DNA of 64,000 nt from Myxococcota bacterium (GTDB taxonomy: Bacteria; Myxococcota_A; UBA9160; UBA4427), in assembly GCA_965250285.1 (NCBI GenBank), contig OZ252299.1, forward strand, positions 2,432,001 to 2,496,000. Reading direction: 5' to 3'. Positions 17,923 through 28,295 of the stretch are shown here, piece by piece (positions within the stretch are counted from its first letter, which is position 1; every line of letters begins with the position of its first letter). Below the pieces are notes generated by a model, which was given only the letters and a program-made list of their open reading frames with translations, had not been told where the DNA came from and did no database searches. The position numbers were made by a program, and so were the translations under genes.

Positions 17923-18957
17923 TCAGGCCTCGTGAGCAAACCGGGCCATGCTCGCGGCCGTGGCGCGACTGATGTCGGGGCAGGCCATCTGGAAGATCTC
18001 GGTCGCGTGGACGGTCCCCATCACCTGACGACAGCGCGCCGACACACCCGCGCGCAGCAGCAGCCGGTAGAAGGCGATGCCCTCGTCCCGCAGCGGGTCG
18101 CACTCGTTCACACTGACCACCGTCGGCGGCAGCCCACGCACGTCGGTCTCGGTGGCGAATGAGGGCCAGGCGAGCGGATTGCCCTGCTCGAGGTGCTCGA
18201 TGCCGTACGCCATCGCCGGGCGATTGTTGTGCATGTCGATCAGCAGACCGTTGTTCTCGGTCGACGAAGGAAATCGATCCTGCGGCCAGCGGCCCGCGAT
18301 GTACGGGCACAGCGCGTACAGGCCGCGGACGACGCCGGCGTCGCCCTCTCTCGCGAGTCGCATGCCCGTCGCGAGTGTGAGATTCCCACCCCCGCTCTCG
18401 CCCGAGACGATCAGATGTGCGGGGTCGATGCCGAGCGCAGCGGCGTTCGATGCAGCCCACCGCACCCCCGAGACGCAGTCGTCGAGGCCCGCCGGAAACG
18501 GCGCGACCTCGGGCGCAGACGACGCGACGAGGCAGTTGCGAAAGTCGACCATCACCACCGCCACGCCCTGGGCGGCGATCGTGCGGGCCCAAGCGCGGTA
18601 GATGCCGTCGAAACACGACTGGGTCTGAAGGCCACCGCCGTGGAAGTACACGATGCCGGGCTTCGGCTCGGCGACGTCGGGGCGCACGAGCAGCACTTGG
18701 ATCGTGTTGCCATCGGGCGAAGAGTCGAACGCGTGCGTCTCGGTCCTCAGACCATGTGACGGCGCGATCTCCTCCGAGTCGAGCTGGTCCATCGACGCCT
18801 TCATCGCCGCGGCGGCCGCGATCGCCTCGGGGCTGTTCGCCTCGGCCAGCATCGCCTCGCGACTCTCGGCGTCGGGGCGAGCGCGTGTGGGAAAGGCACC
18901 CAGCGTCGCCTTGATGCGGGGATCGATCCGCGGATCGGCCTCGATGGGGGTCTTCAT
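17923..18957 (-). CDS. Alpha/beta hydrolase (HSL-family esterase/lactonase)
   Basis: HGGG oxyanion motif, GESGG nucleophile elbow, DPLRDEG, and C-terminal His (GTVH). Confidence 0.92.
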   Translation of the reverse strand: MKTPIEADPRIDPRIKATLGAFPTRARPDAESREAMLAEANSPEAIAAAAAMKASMDQLDSEEIAPSHGLRTETHAFDSSPDGNTIQVLLVRPDVAEPKPGIVYFHGGGLQTQSCFDGIYRAWARTIAAQGVAVVMVDFRNCLVASSAPEVAPFPAGLDDCVSGVRWAASNAAALGIDPAHLIVSGESGGGNLTLATGMRLAREGDAGVVRGLYALCPYIAGRWPQDRFPSSTENNGLLIDMHNNRPAMAYGIEHLEQGNPLAWPSFATETDVRGLPPTVVSVNECDPLRDEGIAFYRLLLRAGVSARCRQVMGTVHATEIFQMACPDISRATAASMARFAHEA

Positions 18958-18988
18958 CTGCTCGCGGCCTCGTTCGCCCGGTCGGAAA

Positions 18989-20068
18989 TCACGCGCGGGC
19001 CGCCTCGAACTCGAGCACGCCGCGGGCGAGGCGACCGGCCGCCATGTCGTCGAGCACCTCGGCGATCGACTCCATCGGGTACAGCTTGGTCACCATCTCG
19101 TCGAGCATGAACTTGCCGGCGAGATAGAGCTCGGCGTAGCGCGGAATGTCGCGCTGGGGCCGGCTGGCGCCGTAGCGGCAACCGAGGATCGAGCGATCGA
19201 GAAAGAGGTCTTCGGGGCGAAACTCGACGCCGGTACCGAAGGGCGTCACGCCGAGGATCACGAGGCTGCCGGCCCAGTCGAGGTACTGGATGGCCTGCTC
19301 CATGACCTGCTTGTGCCCGACGCACTCGAACACCCAGTCGGCACCGCCGCGCGTCACGTCCTTCACGGCTTCGGTGACGTCGACCGCACTCGCATCGATG
19401 AAGTGGGTCGCGCCGAACTGTCGCGCCATCGTCTCTTTCGCGGGGTTGGTATCGACGGCCACGATCGGATCGGCGCCGACGAGGCGCAGCGCCTGCAGCG
19501 AGTTCAGACCGATCCCGCCCACCCCCACGACCACGGCCGATTCGGCCGCCTCGACCTTCGCACGGTTGAGCACGGCTCCCGCTCCGGTCAACACGCCGCA
19601 GCCGAGCAGACATGCCGACGCGAATGGCACGGCCTTCGGGATCGGCACCGCCTGCGTCGCCTTGACCACGGTCACCTCGGCGAACGAAGACACATTGGCA
19701 AAGGCGTAGTGCGCTTCGCCGTCGAGCGTGAACGGCGTAGGGCGGTGGCCGAAGGTGCTGCGACACATGGTCGGACGGCCGCCATCGCAGTGCTCGCACG
19801 TGCCGCAGTTGCCCAGGGTCGAGAGCACGACGTGGTCGCCCCGTGTGAGGTGCTTCACCCCGGGCCCGATCTCCTCGACGACGCCCGCGCCCTCGTGACC
19901 GAGCACCACCGGGGTCGGGAACGGAATCGTGCCGTCGATCACGCTGACGTCGCTGTGGCAGACGCCCGAGTTCACGATCCGCACGGCGACTTCGCCGGCA
20001 CCGGGTGCGCGCACCTCGAGCCCGTCGCGCACGCCCACGGCGTGACCATCGAAGACGATCCCCTTCAT
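18989..20068 (-). CDS. Zinc-dependent alcohol dehydrogenase
   Basis: GVCHSD, GHEGAG, CGTCEHC...C structural Zn site, and GVGGIG. Confidence 0.95.
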   Translation of the reverse strand: MKGIVFDGHAVGVRDGLEVRAPGAGEVAVRIVNSGVCHSDVSVIDGTIPFPTPVVLGHEGAGVVEEIGPGVKHLTRGDHVVLSTLGNCGTCEHCDGGRPTMCRSTFGHRPTPFTLDGEAHYAFANVSSFAEVTVVKATQAVPIPKAVPFASACLLGCGVLTGAGAVLNRAKVEAAESAVVVGVGGIGLNSLQALRLVGADPIVAVDTNPAKETMARQFGATHFIDASAVDVTEAVKDVTRGGADWVFECVGHKQVMEQAIQYLDWAGSLVILGVTPFGTGVEFRPEDLFLDRSILGCRYGASRPQRDIPRYAELYLAGKFMLDEMVTKLYPMESIAEVLDDMAAGRLARGVLEFEAARA

Positions 20069-20260
20069 GCGCGGCTCTTCCTCTTCCAAACGCGGCATCG
20101 ACGGTTCGCGTTCGCATCAGCGGCCGCCTTCGACCCACGCGCGCCGGCCGACGGAGACTCGCTGAGAAAGGTACATGTGTGTCCGGTCGACCCCAAAACT
20201 ATACTTCGCGCGCAGCGAGTTCATCTCCGAACCCACCGCCGACCGACGGAAGCGAGCCCG

Positions 20261-22081
20261 ATGAGTTCTTCTGACACAGGCGCACCGAGCGCGACGCAAG
20301 CCGACGCCGATCTCGAAGCGATCCGCGAGAAGTACCGGATCGAGCGCGACAAGCGCCTGCGCAAGGACGGCTCATCGCAGTTTCGCGAGCTGATGAGCGA
20401 AGGCTCGCACAACGACGTCGACCCCTACGTCGAGCCGGGCTTCACCCGCCCGAAGGTCGAGGCCGACACCGAGGTCCTGATCGTGGGCGGTGGCTTCGGC
20501 GGGATGCTCATGGCGGTGCAGCTTCGCAAGGCGGGCATCGACGACTTTCGCATCGTCGAGGCGGGCGGCGACTTCGGCGGCACCTGGTACTGGAACCGCT
20601 ACCCCGGCGTGCAGTGCGACGTCGAGTCGTACATCTACATGCCGCTGCTCGAAGAGATCGGCACGATCCCCACCGAGAAGTACGCGCATGGCCCCGAGAT
20701 CTTTGCCCACGCGCAGGCGATCGGCCGACACTACGACCTCTACGACAACGCCCTCTTTCAGACGCAGGTCTCCGGGCTCGAATGGGACGAAGACGCACGG
20801 CGATGGACGGTCGAGACCGACCGCGACGATCGAATTCGCGCCCGCTTCGTCTGCATGGCCAACGGGCCGTACTCGAAGCCCAAGCTGCCCGGAATCTCCG
20901 GGGCGGCCGACTTCGAGGGACACACGTTCCACACGAGCCGGTGGGACTACGCGTACACGGGCGGTGATACCACCGGCGGCCTGACGAAGCTCGCCGACAA
21001 ACGCGTCGGCGTGATCGGGACCGGCGCGACCGCGATTCAGTGCCTACCGCATCTCGGCCGAGACGCGGGCGAGGTCTTCGTCTTTCAGCGTACGCCGTCG
21101 ACGGTCGACGTGCGTGACAACGCGCCAACCGAACCCGGCTTCGCCGACTCACTCGAGCCGGGCTGGCAGCAGCGCCGCATGGACAACTTCAACATCTTGA
21201 TGGATGGCGGAGCCCAGGAAGAAGACCTGGTCGGCGATCGCTGGACCGAGCTCACCAAGGGCATGTACGAGGTGCTCGCGAGCCACCCGAATCCCGCTGA
21301 GGTCACGCCCGAAGAGATGGGCCTCATCGCCGAGCGCGTCGATCTGAAGAAGATGGAGCGCATCCGTGGGCGCATCGACGCGATCATCGAAGACGAAGCG
21401 ACCGCCGAAGCCCTCAAGCCCTGGTACCGCTACCTCTGCAAGCGCCCGTGCTTCCACGACGAGTACCTGCAGGCCTTCAACCGACCGAACGTCACGCTCG
21501 TCGATACCGACGGTCGAGGCGTCGACGCGATCACGCCCCGCGGCGTCGTCGCGAACGGGCGCGAGTACGAGCTCGACTGCCTGATCTTTGCGACGGGCTT
21601 CGACGTCAGCTCGAACTACACACGGCGCGTCGGCTACGACGTCGTCGGGCCCGAAGGCCACAAGCTCAGCGAGAAGTGGGCCGGCTACACCGCCACGTTC
21701 CAGAGCTTCTTCACGCGCGGCTTCCCGAACTGCTTTTTCATGATGGGCTTCCAGAGCGGCCTCACACCCAACATCCCCCACGCGATCAACGAACAGAGCC
21801 AGCACCTGGCCTACGTGATCCGCGAGGCGCGCGAGCGGGGCGCGACACGGGTCGAACCGAGCCAGGCCGCCGAAGAAGGCTGGTGTGCGAAGATCGCCGA
21901 GGGCAGCCCCTTCCTCGAGCTGCAGGCGAGCTGCACGCCCGGCTACTTCAACGACGAAGGACAGGCGGGCGAGACGGAGGGATGGCTCGCCGGGTTCTAC
22001 CCCGAAGGCTCGGAGGCCTTCTTCGAGCGCATTCGCGCTTGGCGGGCCGAGGGGGGGCTCGAGGGTCTCGAGCTCGACTGA
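20261..22081 (+). CDS. Baeyer-Villiger monooxygenase (cyclohexanone/phenylacetone monooxygenase family)
   Basis: GGGFGG, GGTWYWNRYPG, FEGHTFHTSRW fingerprint, GTGATA, and CTPGYFNDEG. Confidence 0.95.
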   Translation: MSSSDTGAPSATQADADLEAIREKYRIERDKRLRKDGSSQFRELMSEGSHNDVDPYVEPGFTRPKVEADTEVLIVGGGFGGMLMAVQLRKAGIDDFRIVEAGGDFGGTWYWNRYPGVQCDVESYIYMPLLEEIGTIPTEKYAHGPEIFAHAQAIGRHYDLYDNALFQTQVSGLEWDEDARRWTVETDRDDRIRARFVCMANGPYSKPKLPGISGAADFEGHTFHTSRWDYAYTGGDTTGGLTKLADKRVGVIGTGATAIQCLPHLGRDAGEVFVFQRTPSTVDVRDNAPTEPGFADSLEPGWQQRRMDNFNILMDGGAQEEDLVGDRWTELTKGMYEVLASHPNPAEVTPEEMGLIAERVDLKKMERIRGRIDAIIEDEATAEALKPWYRYLCKRPCFHDEYLQAFNRPNVTLVDTDGRGVDAITPRGVVANGREYELDCLIFATGFDVSSNYTRRVGYDVVGPEGHKLSEKWAGYTATFQSFFTRGFPNCFFMMGFQSGLTPNIPHAINEQSQHLAYVIREARERGATRVEPSQAAEEGWCAKIAEGSPFLELQASCTPGYFNDEGQAGETEGWLAGFYPEGSEAFFERIRAWRAEGGLEGLELD

Positions 22082-22187
22082 TCCAGACACGCCCCCGCGG
22101 CGGGCCGACGCTGGGAAACTCCGCAAGAGCGCCCCGCCCGCCCGAAAGCAGCCGAGGCACGATTCAGGATGCAGCGCGACATCGGGC

Positions 22188-23246
22188 CTACGACGAGGCC
22201 GCAGAAGCCCCTGCGGCGCTCGGTGCGCCACCCGCGGATTCGTTCGGTTGCGCTCGCCAACTCGGACAGCGCTCGAACAACTCGGTGAGATCACCGTCCA
22301 TGCGGACGAAAGCGAGCCGATCGGCACCGATGGCGATCTCGAGGATCTCTCCGCCGGCGTCCATCAGGCGGTAGCCCTCCAGATCGACTTCGGTCCCGTC
22401 TTCGTCGCGATGCTCGATCGAGCCGAGGCGTGCAACGAGCTGAGCCTCTCCAGGCGCCGCGAACGGGCCAATGTTCAGGTAGGCGAGTTCGCCCTCGCTC
22501 CAAAGCGTGTACTCCATTTCTCGGAAGCGGGCGCTGTCGATGTCCCCGGCTTTGCACATCGGTACGTACGTGCCGTGGTGACCGGCGAGAAAGCCGTCGC
22601 CCGCCGACGCGCGCTGGGTCATGGCCTTGAAGTCTTCGCGGCGATCGAGCGGTCCAGGGACGCCATCCTCGGCGACCTGGAACGACAGCGACATGCACCA
22701 GTCGGGCGAGTGCAGCACCGATGTATCGACGTAGACGCCATCGCCATCGAAGCGGCGCAGTTCTTCGCGCAGAGCGCCGACCGAGGAGACCTCGACGCGC
22801 GGTTGCCGATCGCCCGTCTGCTCGACGGCCCACGTGTAGACGGCTTCGATCAGCTCGCCGTCGCAGTCGCCGTGGGGCGATTGGAAGTCGCCGAGCAGCG
22901 CAGCGATCCCTTCGATCCGCTCCGGCTCGCCCGACGTCATCACGGCGAGATCGACCACACGATGATCGAAGAGCTCTGGACGCTCGTCGGTGTCGAGTGA
23001 GAGCGGCATGGCCCAGCGTCCGTTCTTGCGATCCATCTCGAGCGGTGAGCCCGTGAGCGCCTGCAGGATCGCGCTGCCCTGATCGACTGAACCGCCGAGT
23101 GCAATCCCCAACACCGAGACCGCGCCCTCCGCAGGGACGGCCGCACGCTCGATATCGCCAGAACGATCGTCCTCGGCCTCGCCGCAAGCCACGGTCGACA
23201 TGAGCGCGATCAAAGCAATCGCGAGCCTGATTCGAATCTCGAACAT
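22188..23246 (-). CDS. Hypothetical lipoprotein
   Basis: MFEIRIRLAIALIALMSTVA-C lipobox-like signal and an acidic globular sequence. Confidence 0.7.
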   Translation of the reverse strand: MFEIRIRLAIALIALMSTVACGEAEDDRSGDIERAAVPAEGAVSVLGIALGGSVDQGSAILQALTGSPLEMDRKNGRWAMPLSLDTDERPELFDHRVVDLAVMTSGEPERIEGIAALLGDFQSPHGDCDGELIEAVYTWAVEQTGDRQPRVEVSSVGALREELRRFDGDGVYVDTSVLHSPDWCMSLSFQVAEDGVPGPLDRREDFKAMTQRASAGDGFLAGHHGTYVPMCKAGDIDSARFREMEYTLWSEGELAYLNIGPFAAPGEAQLVARLGSIEHRDEDGTEVDLEGYRLMDAGGEILEIAIGADRLAFVRMDGDLTELFERCPSWRAQPNESAGGAPSAAGASAASS

Positions 23247-23587
23247 TCCTTCTACTGCCACCTTGTCCCTCACATGAATGGCTCAGATTCAGTACGGGCC
23301 GAGTCTCCTACTTTTTTTGCGGCCCGTCACCATACACCGCAGAGCGACACAGGCGATCGAGGCACACACGAAGCGCGACCCGGCCGTTTGGGATCGCTTT
23401 GAAAACAGCTACTTGACTCGAGGGGGGCGTCCGCTTGTGCCAGTCACCATGCCGCGCCTCGGGCCGAGAATCGACACGCGCCTGCGTTGCACGTGCGCAG
23501 AAACAGCTACCGCGCCGTACACGTTGGGGTTTAGACTGAACCGGCATAGCTCCGCATATCGAGGCTGAGTGTTTGGAGGAAACTCTC

Positions 23588-25492
23588 ATGAACATGAATA
23601 CGAAACGTTCGAGCGCGTTCCGGCGGTTGCTGGCCGTGCTGAGCATCGTCGCATTAACCGGATCACTCGCATCGCCGGTGTTCGCACGCGGCGGCGGAGG
23701 TGGCGGCGGAGACGGCGACTCGATCTTCGACTATCCCCGTCCAAGCAACCGATCACTGCGCGCCATGGAAGACTACCTGCGCGATCTCGACCCGGACGAC
23801 ATCACGCTCGCGCTTTATCGCACCTACCTGCCCTTCCGCGGTCGGCGCGCGGTGCCGTTGCCGTCGATCGAAGAGTTCAAGCGAGGAAGGGGCCAAGGCG
23901 AGCTCGACCTCTGCCCGATCACGCGCGTGCTTGATGAGCGATTCATCAACTTCTCGCGCGTCTACGATCTGCTGATCTCTCGAGAAGGCGACGGCGTCGA
24001 CTTCCTCGTCGAGATGGCGCGCGCGCTGCGCGTCCCGGTAACGCTCGAGCCCGAGAACGACTTCCCGTTCTGCGCATGGTGGGGCTTCGTGGACGAGCGC
24101 TTCTTCAACTGGATCTTCCCGGATTCGGTCGCCACCTATTGGTTCCAGCCGTTCATTGCGCCCGGCCGGAACAACAACAACCGCGATCAGTGGCACCTCG
24201 AGGGGCGATTCATTCGCGAGCGCTACAAGTCGTTCGCGCTCTATGACTTCGCCTTCAACCCCTTCGAATGGGAGGCTGGGGGGGCCTACGTCAACTCGAC
24301 CGTCACCGACTTCGAGCTGATCCCCGTCACAGGCAGGAGCCCGTGGCGCGAGAAAATCCCGCTGCTGCAGTACGGCACGTTCAAGATCATCATCACGTCG
24401 GCACCGACGAGACAAGATATCTTGTCGGACGACTTCAACGTGATTCCGTTCTACAGCAACGTTATCGAGTCGGAACGGTTCGTGAGAGAACGTGCCGGTA
24501 TCCCATTGCCCCTGCCGTGTAACCGAGACGACCCGGACAACACGGTGACCTGTCCGAACGAGGACATGTTCCAGGTGCCCGCGGCCGAGCTCGAGCAGGG
24601 CGTGGTTTCGAACGTGAACAATGCGTACGTGGTGTCGATCACCAAGTCGCTCACCGTTCCGCTCTCCGAGCCCCGCACCCAGCGCCCTGTGGCGCTGGTG
24701 ATTCGTGGCAAGGTGCCGCTCACGCCGGGTAGCCGGCAGCCGCCGAACAACGAGGCTTGCGACACCAACATCCTGACGAGCGAAGATGCGTGCTACTGCC
24801 AGCGAAACCCCGATGCCTGTCAAGCCGTGCCGTGGATCCGCATTCCGTCTCAGGCCCGAAACCCGGGCGAGCCGCGATACCTCGGCCCCCGCGATCGCGA
24901 AGACCGTGATCTCGAGATGCGGTACTGGTCGATCTGTACGGCCGTCTACAACATTCCGTACCCGACGATCGGTAACATCTTGCCGAGGAACCGGCTGCGG
25001 GAGAACACGGGCTGCGTTCCGGATTCGGACATCATTCAGACCAACAAGAATGGTAAGCCGAAGCCGGATGGCGGCTGGTTCACGGCGGTCGTGAGCTCTG
25101 AAGCCGCGAAGCCCGAAGTCTTCAAGATCGACGCTGCCGGCGGCTCGCGGAACACGCTTGTCGGAGCGAATTGGATCGAAGGTGTCGAAGGCGTCAAGAT
25201 CCTGATCAACCTGCGCAACATGTACCCCAGCACCAACTTCGACAAGAGCGTCGGACGCGTGGGGGCAGACTCGAGCTGGGTGACGGCCTTCAACACGATG
25301 AAGAAGTTCTACCCCGTAATCAACGCGATCTGCCCCGTCGAGCGCATCAACAAGCTCGGCTGGGGAGCCTGTATCGCACCTCGGATCGACGACACGTGCG
25401 GTCGCCCCGATTGCGACCGGTTCGAGGAAACGGCCATCGGCCCGGCTGGTATCGCCAGCCCGAGCCAGGGCCCGAACGGCATGCTGCAGTAA
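23588..25492 (+). CDS. Secreted Cys-rich hypothetical protein
   Basis: GGAGG RBS, signal peptide ending VFA, Gly linker, RYWSIC motif; followed by a terminator. Confidence 0.8.
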   Translation: MNMNTKRSSAFRRLLAVLSIVALTGSLASPVFARGGGGGGGDGDSIFDYPRPSNRSLRAMEDYLRDLDPDDITLALYRTYLPFRGRRAVPLPSIEEFKRGRGQGELDLCPITRVLDERFINFSRVYDLLISREGDGVDFLVEMARALRVPVTLEPENDFPFCAWWGFVDERFFNWIFPDSVATYWFQPFIAPGRNNNNRDQWHLEGRFIRERYKSFALYDFAFNPFEWEAGGAYVNSTVTDFELIPVTGRSPWREKIPLLQYGTFKIIITSAPTRQDILSDDFNVIPFYSNVIESERFVRERAGIPLPLPCNRDDPDNTVTCPNEDMFQVPAAELEQGVVSNVNNAYVVSITKSLTVPLSEPRTQRPVALVIRGKVPLTPGSRQPPNNEACDTNILTSEDACYCQRNPDACQAVPWIRIPSQARNPGEPRYLGPRDREDRDLEMRYWSICTAVYNIPYPTIGNILPRNRLRENTGCVPDSDIIQTNKNGKPKPDGGWFTAVVSSEAAKPEVFKIDAAGGSRNTLVGANWIEGVEGVKILINLRNMYPSTNFDKSVGRVGADSSWVTAFNTMKKFYPVINAICPVERINKLGWGACIAPRIDDTCGRPDCDRFEETAIGPAGIASPSQGPNGMLQ

Positions 25493-25516
25493 CGCAGAGG
25501 CCGCTCGATCATGGCG

Positions 25517-25554
25517 AGCCCGCCGGGCCTTGTGCCCGGCGGGCTTTGCTTTTT
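25517..25554 (+). terminator. Rho-independent terminator
   Basis: 12-bp perfect stem AGCCCGCCGGGC / GCCCGGCGGGCT with CTTGT loop, then TTGCTTTTT. Confidence 0.85.
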
Positions 25555-25581
25555 GTGCGGCCTGGCATTTAGAATGAGGCG

Positions 25582-26541
25582 ATGAATCCGCGTTCGACGC
25601 TCTGCTCCGGTCTGCTCCTCGCGATCGTGCTGGCCGCATGTCACGATCGAAACGAAGAGACAGCGCCCACTGCCCCGCCCATCCGACCGGCGACTGTGGT
25701 CATGCTCGAGCCGGGCCAGGAACCCCTCGCCCAACGCCGCTATGCGATTCAGCCGGGCCTCGCGCTGGGCGGAACGCTCATGGTCGTCGAGTTGCGCATC
25801 TCGCAGGGCGGTGAGAAGCAGCCGGCCCCGATTGATCCGGCGCTGAAGCTTCCGATCGAGGCCGCGAGGACGAGCGCAGAGGCCGACGCCACCGCGATCG
25901 AGATCAACTTCGAGGCCGTACCCGAACCGGGCGATGAGACCGGCCGAACTGATTGGGTGCAGGCCTCGGCCGCACGCCTGGTCGTGCAGGATCCGCTTCG
26001 CTTTCGCGTCGACGCTCAGGGCGTCGAGCCCACGCCCCGCCCCACGACCTCGGCCCGCACCACGGACGCAGCACAGATCGCGGTCGCCGGCATTCTCGAG
26101 GGTTTGCTGCGCCCTGTCCCCTACCCCGAAGCTCCGATCGGCCTGGGTGCGCTGTGGGAGGTGCACCGCGAAGTCGAAGTAGGCGGTGTGCGACTGACCG
26201 AGCTCGCGCGCTACCGCATTACGCAGCTGGCCGACACGCAGATGCGGCTGAGCCTCTATCTGCGTCAAACGGCGGCGCCTCAGACGATTCAGAGCGAATC
26301 GGGGGAGACCGTCGAAGTCATCAGTCACCAGGTCGAAATCGACGGCGCCGCCATCGTCGATCTCGAGCTGCCGCTGCCCATCGACGTCGACGCCGGCCTC
26401 GGATCGACCACCGCTTCGGTGTCAGGCGCCAGCGGCGACGGGCAGCAGATCGTCGAGCGGCAGACTGCGGAGATTCGACTCTTCGTACACACGCCCGAGC
26501 CTGAACCGAACGACGAGGTCGCGACCGCCGAAGACCTCTAG
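25582..26541 (+). CDS. Hypothetical lipoprotein
   Basis: LLLAIVLAA-C lipobox; beta-rich body with PYPEAPIGLGALWEV. Confidence 0.75.
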   Translation: MNPRSTLCSGLLLAIVLAACHDRNEETAPTAPPIRPATVVMLEPGQEPLAQRRYAIQPGLALGGTLMVVELRISQGGEKQPAPIDPALKLPIEAARTSAEADATAIEINFEAVPEPGDETGRTDWVQASAARLVVQDPLRFRVDAQGVEPTPRPTTSARTTDAAQIAVAGILEGLLRPVPYPEAPIGLGALWEVHREVEVGGVRLTELARYRITQLADTQMRLSLYLRQTAAPQTIQSESGETVEVISHQVEIDGAAIVDLELPLPIDVDAGLGSTTASVSGASGDGQQIVERQTAEIRLFVHTPEPEPNDEVATAEDL

Positions 26542-27242
26542 TCGATCTCGTAGTACCGCGTACCGCCCTGTGCGTCGACGACCTCGATTTCGAGACGCTC
26601 GGCCTGCACGAGCTGCTCCATCAGGGCCCAGTAGCTGATGTCGCTCTGCGCCACTTCGAGGCCATTCACATGGGTGATCATGTCGCCAGGCTGGATGCCC
26701 GCCGAACGGAAGGCGTTCTCGCCGTGTGGCGGCAGCGCCGCGACGCTCACTCCGACGAGGCGCCCCTCGGAGTAGGCTGGGTGCAATTGGCTCGCGGCGA
26801 CGTCCTGAGCGCGCCAGTATCGATTCTCGGCCTCACCCGCGACATAGCCGAGCGCTCGTCGCTCGAGCAGGAGCGCGTGCAACGCTTCCTCGCTCGCGCC
26901 TCCCTCGGCCTCCGATGAAAGCGAACCCGCGGCGTTCGGATCGCCGGCGTAGCCGAGGGCGATGATCTGATCGAGTGAGGACGCAGCCTCAGAATCGGAC
27001 GGCGGTGCGCTGGGCGGGTCCGGGCTGGCCGAGGCAGCCGGCGTCACAGCGCTGGCAGGCGCAGCGTCTTCAGGCGCTCGCAGGCGCGTTGCGACGTCGG
27101 CAACGTCCACGGTCAGCGTGGGGCCCGGAAGCGCCCGAGAAGACGAAGGCAGCTCGGGGTCTTCGTCGGCCAACCAGACGAGCAAGCCGAGCCCGGTGCA
27201 GGCGATCGCGCTTCCAACCAGGAATGCTCGCCCGCCGCCCAC
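26538..27242 (-). CDS. Membrane-anchored PDZ-domain protein (GspC-like C-terminus)
   Basis: N-terminal TM, Pro/Ala/Ser linker, and C-terminal FRSAGIQPGDMITHVNG PDZ motif. Confidence 0.7.
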   Translation of the reverse strand: MGGGRAFLVGSAIACTGLGLLVWLADEDPELPSSSRALPGPTLTVDVADVATRLRAPEDAAPASAVTPAASASPDPPSAPPSDSEAASSLDQIIALGYAGDPNAAGSLSSEAEGGASEEALHALLLERRALGYVAGEAENRYWRAQDVAASQLHPAYSEGRLVGVSVAALPPHGENAFRSAGIQPGDMITHVNGLEVAQSDISYWALMEQLVQAERLEIEVVDAQGGTRYYEID

Positions 27243-27244
27243 GA

Positions 27245-27910
27245 CTATTCCCGGTCGGTCGGCTTGAAGAGCTCGGTGAGATTCGGCGCCTTCTGTTCCT
27301 GCCGCGTGATCTCGGCGTTGGCCTCGTAGAGCTCGACCGACTTCTGGTAGTCGCTCGAGTCCCTTCCGACCTCCTGCCAGACGCCGTTGATCGCTGTGCA
27401 GCGTTGCTCGAACTGCGGATCATCGATGGCCGTCTCGGGGTTGTAGTACTTGTACCCGAAGAGAACGGCGCCCGAGTCGCGGTACTTGGTCATCAACGCG
27501 CGACTCTCGGGGTCGAGGTGCCGTGTCTGCACCGCCGCGAACGGCATCTGGAAGTCGCAGCTCGACAGGATCGGCAACGCCTCGAACCGGGCATCGCAGC
27601 CGCTGGGCTCGATCTGCTTCTGATGCTCGAACTGCGTCAGGAACTTCTCGTGCAACTCCTGCAGCTTGTCGCGCTCCTCGGGCGTGGCCTGATCGTACGC
27701 GGTCTTCGTGAGCGACGTCTGGACCCGCATGCAGTTCTGCACCTGATCGTCCCACGCCCCGGAGAGTTCGGTGACAGGACCGATGTAGCCGTTCGATTCA
27801 CCGACCGCGGGCTCATCGGCGAGCGCGGGGGAGGCCAGAGGCAGCATCGCGAGCGGGAGCAAGAGCGCAACAGAGTGGATGCGAGATCGAATCGAGCCAG
27901 GAATCATCAT
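27245..27910 (-). CDS. Secreted hypothetical protein
   Basis: Signal peptide ending ALA, four Cys residues, tight coupling to the downstream PDZ gene. Confidence 0.7.
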   Translation of the reverse strand: MMIPGSIRSRIHSVALLLPLAMLPLASPALADEPAVGESNGYIGPVTELSGAWDDQVQNCMRVQTSLTKTAYDQATPEERDKLQELHEKFLTQFEHQKQIEPSGCDARFEALPILSSCDFQMPFAAVQTRHLDPESRALMTKYRDSGAVLFGYKYYNPETAIDDPQFEQRCTAINGVWQEVGRDSSDYQKSVELYEANAEITRQEQKAPNLTELFKPTDRE

Positions 27911-28295
27911 TCGACCAATCTACACGCTGGAGCCGACCGAGGGAACCTCCCCGCGTCTCGCGGATCCCCATGGGCTGGCTTCGCCCGTGACCCGACGTCA
28001 GAGCCTCCTTCCCGCCGCGACGCGCATGAACGCGGCGCACCCCCTGCTCGCGCGACCCGACGCGCCGATCTCGAACCCGCTCGAAGACGCCTCTGGCTCG
28101 CGAGTCGTCGCGCGGTGGTGTCGATCCACCACGCACGTGACGCAAGGCACGAGAGACCCACTCGCACGGCGACTGCAGGATCACCCTCTGCACCACGGCC
28201 CAAGAAGGCGGGCGCTCAGGCGACCACAGAGCGGTATACAGCGCGACCCGCATGTGTGTAGAGTGACGACACAGCCCATCGCAGGAGACGACGAC

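Noticed and set aside
18653..20260. Apparent 536-aa N-terminal extension on the second BVMO
   Set aside because: It is the antisense of the esterase and ADH genes; the real start is ATG 20261.
23538..23556. Possible sigma-54 promoter CGGCATAGCTCCGCA upstream of the secreted protein
   Set aside because: GG-to-GC spacing is 9 nt rather than the required 10.
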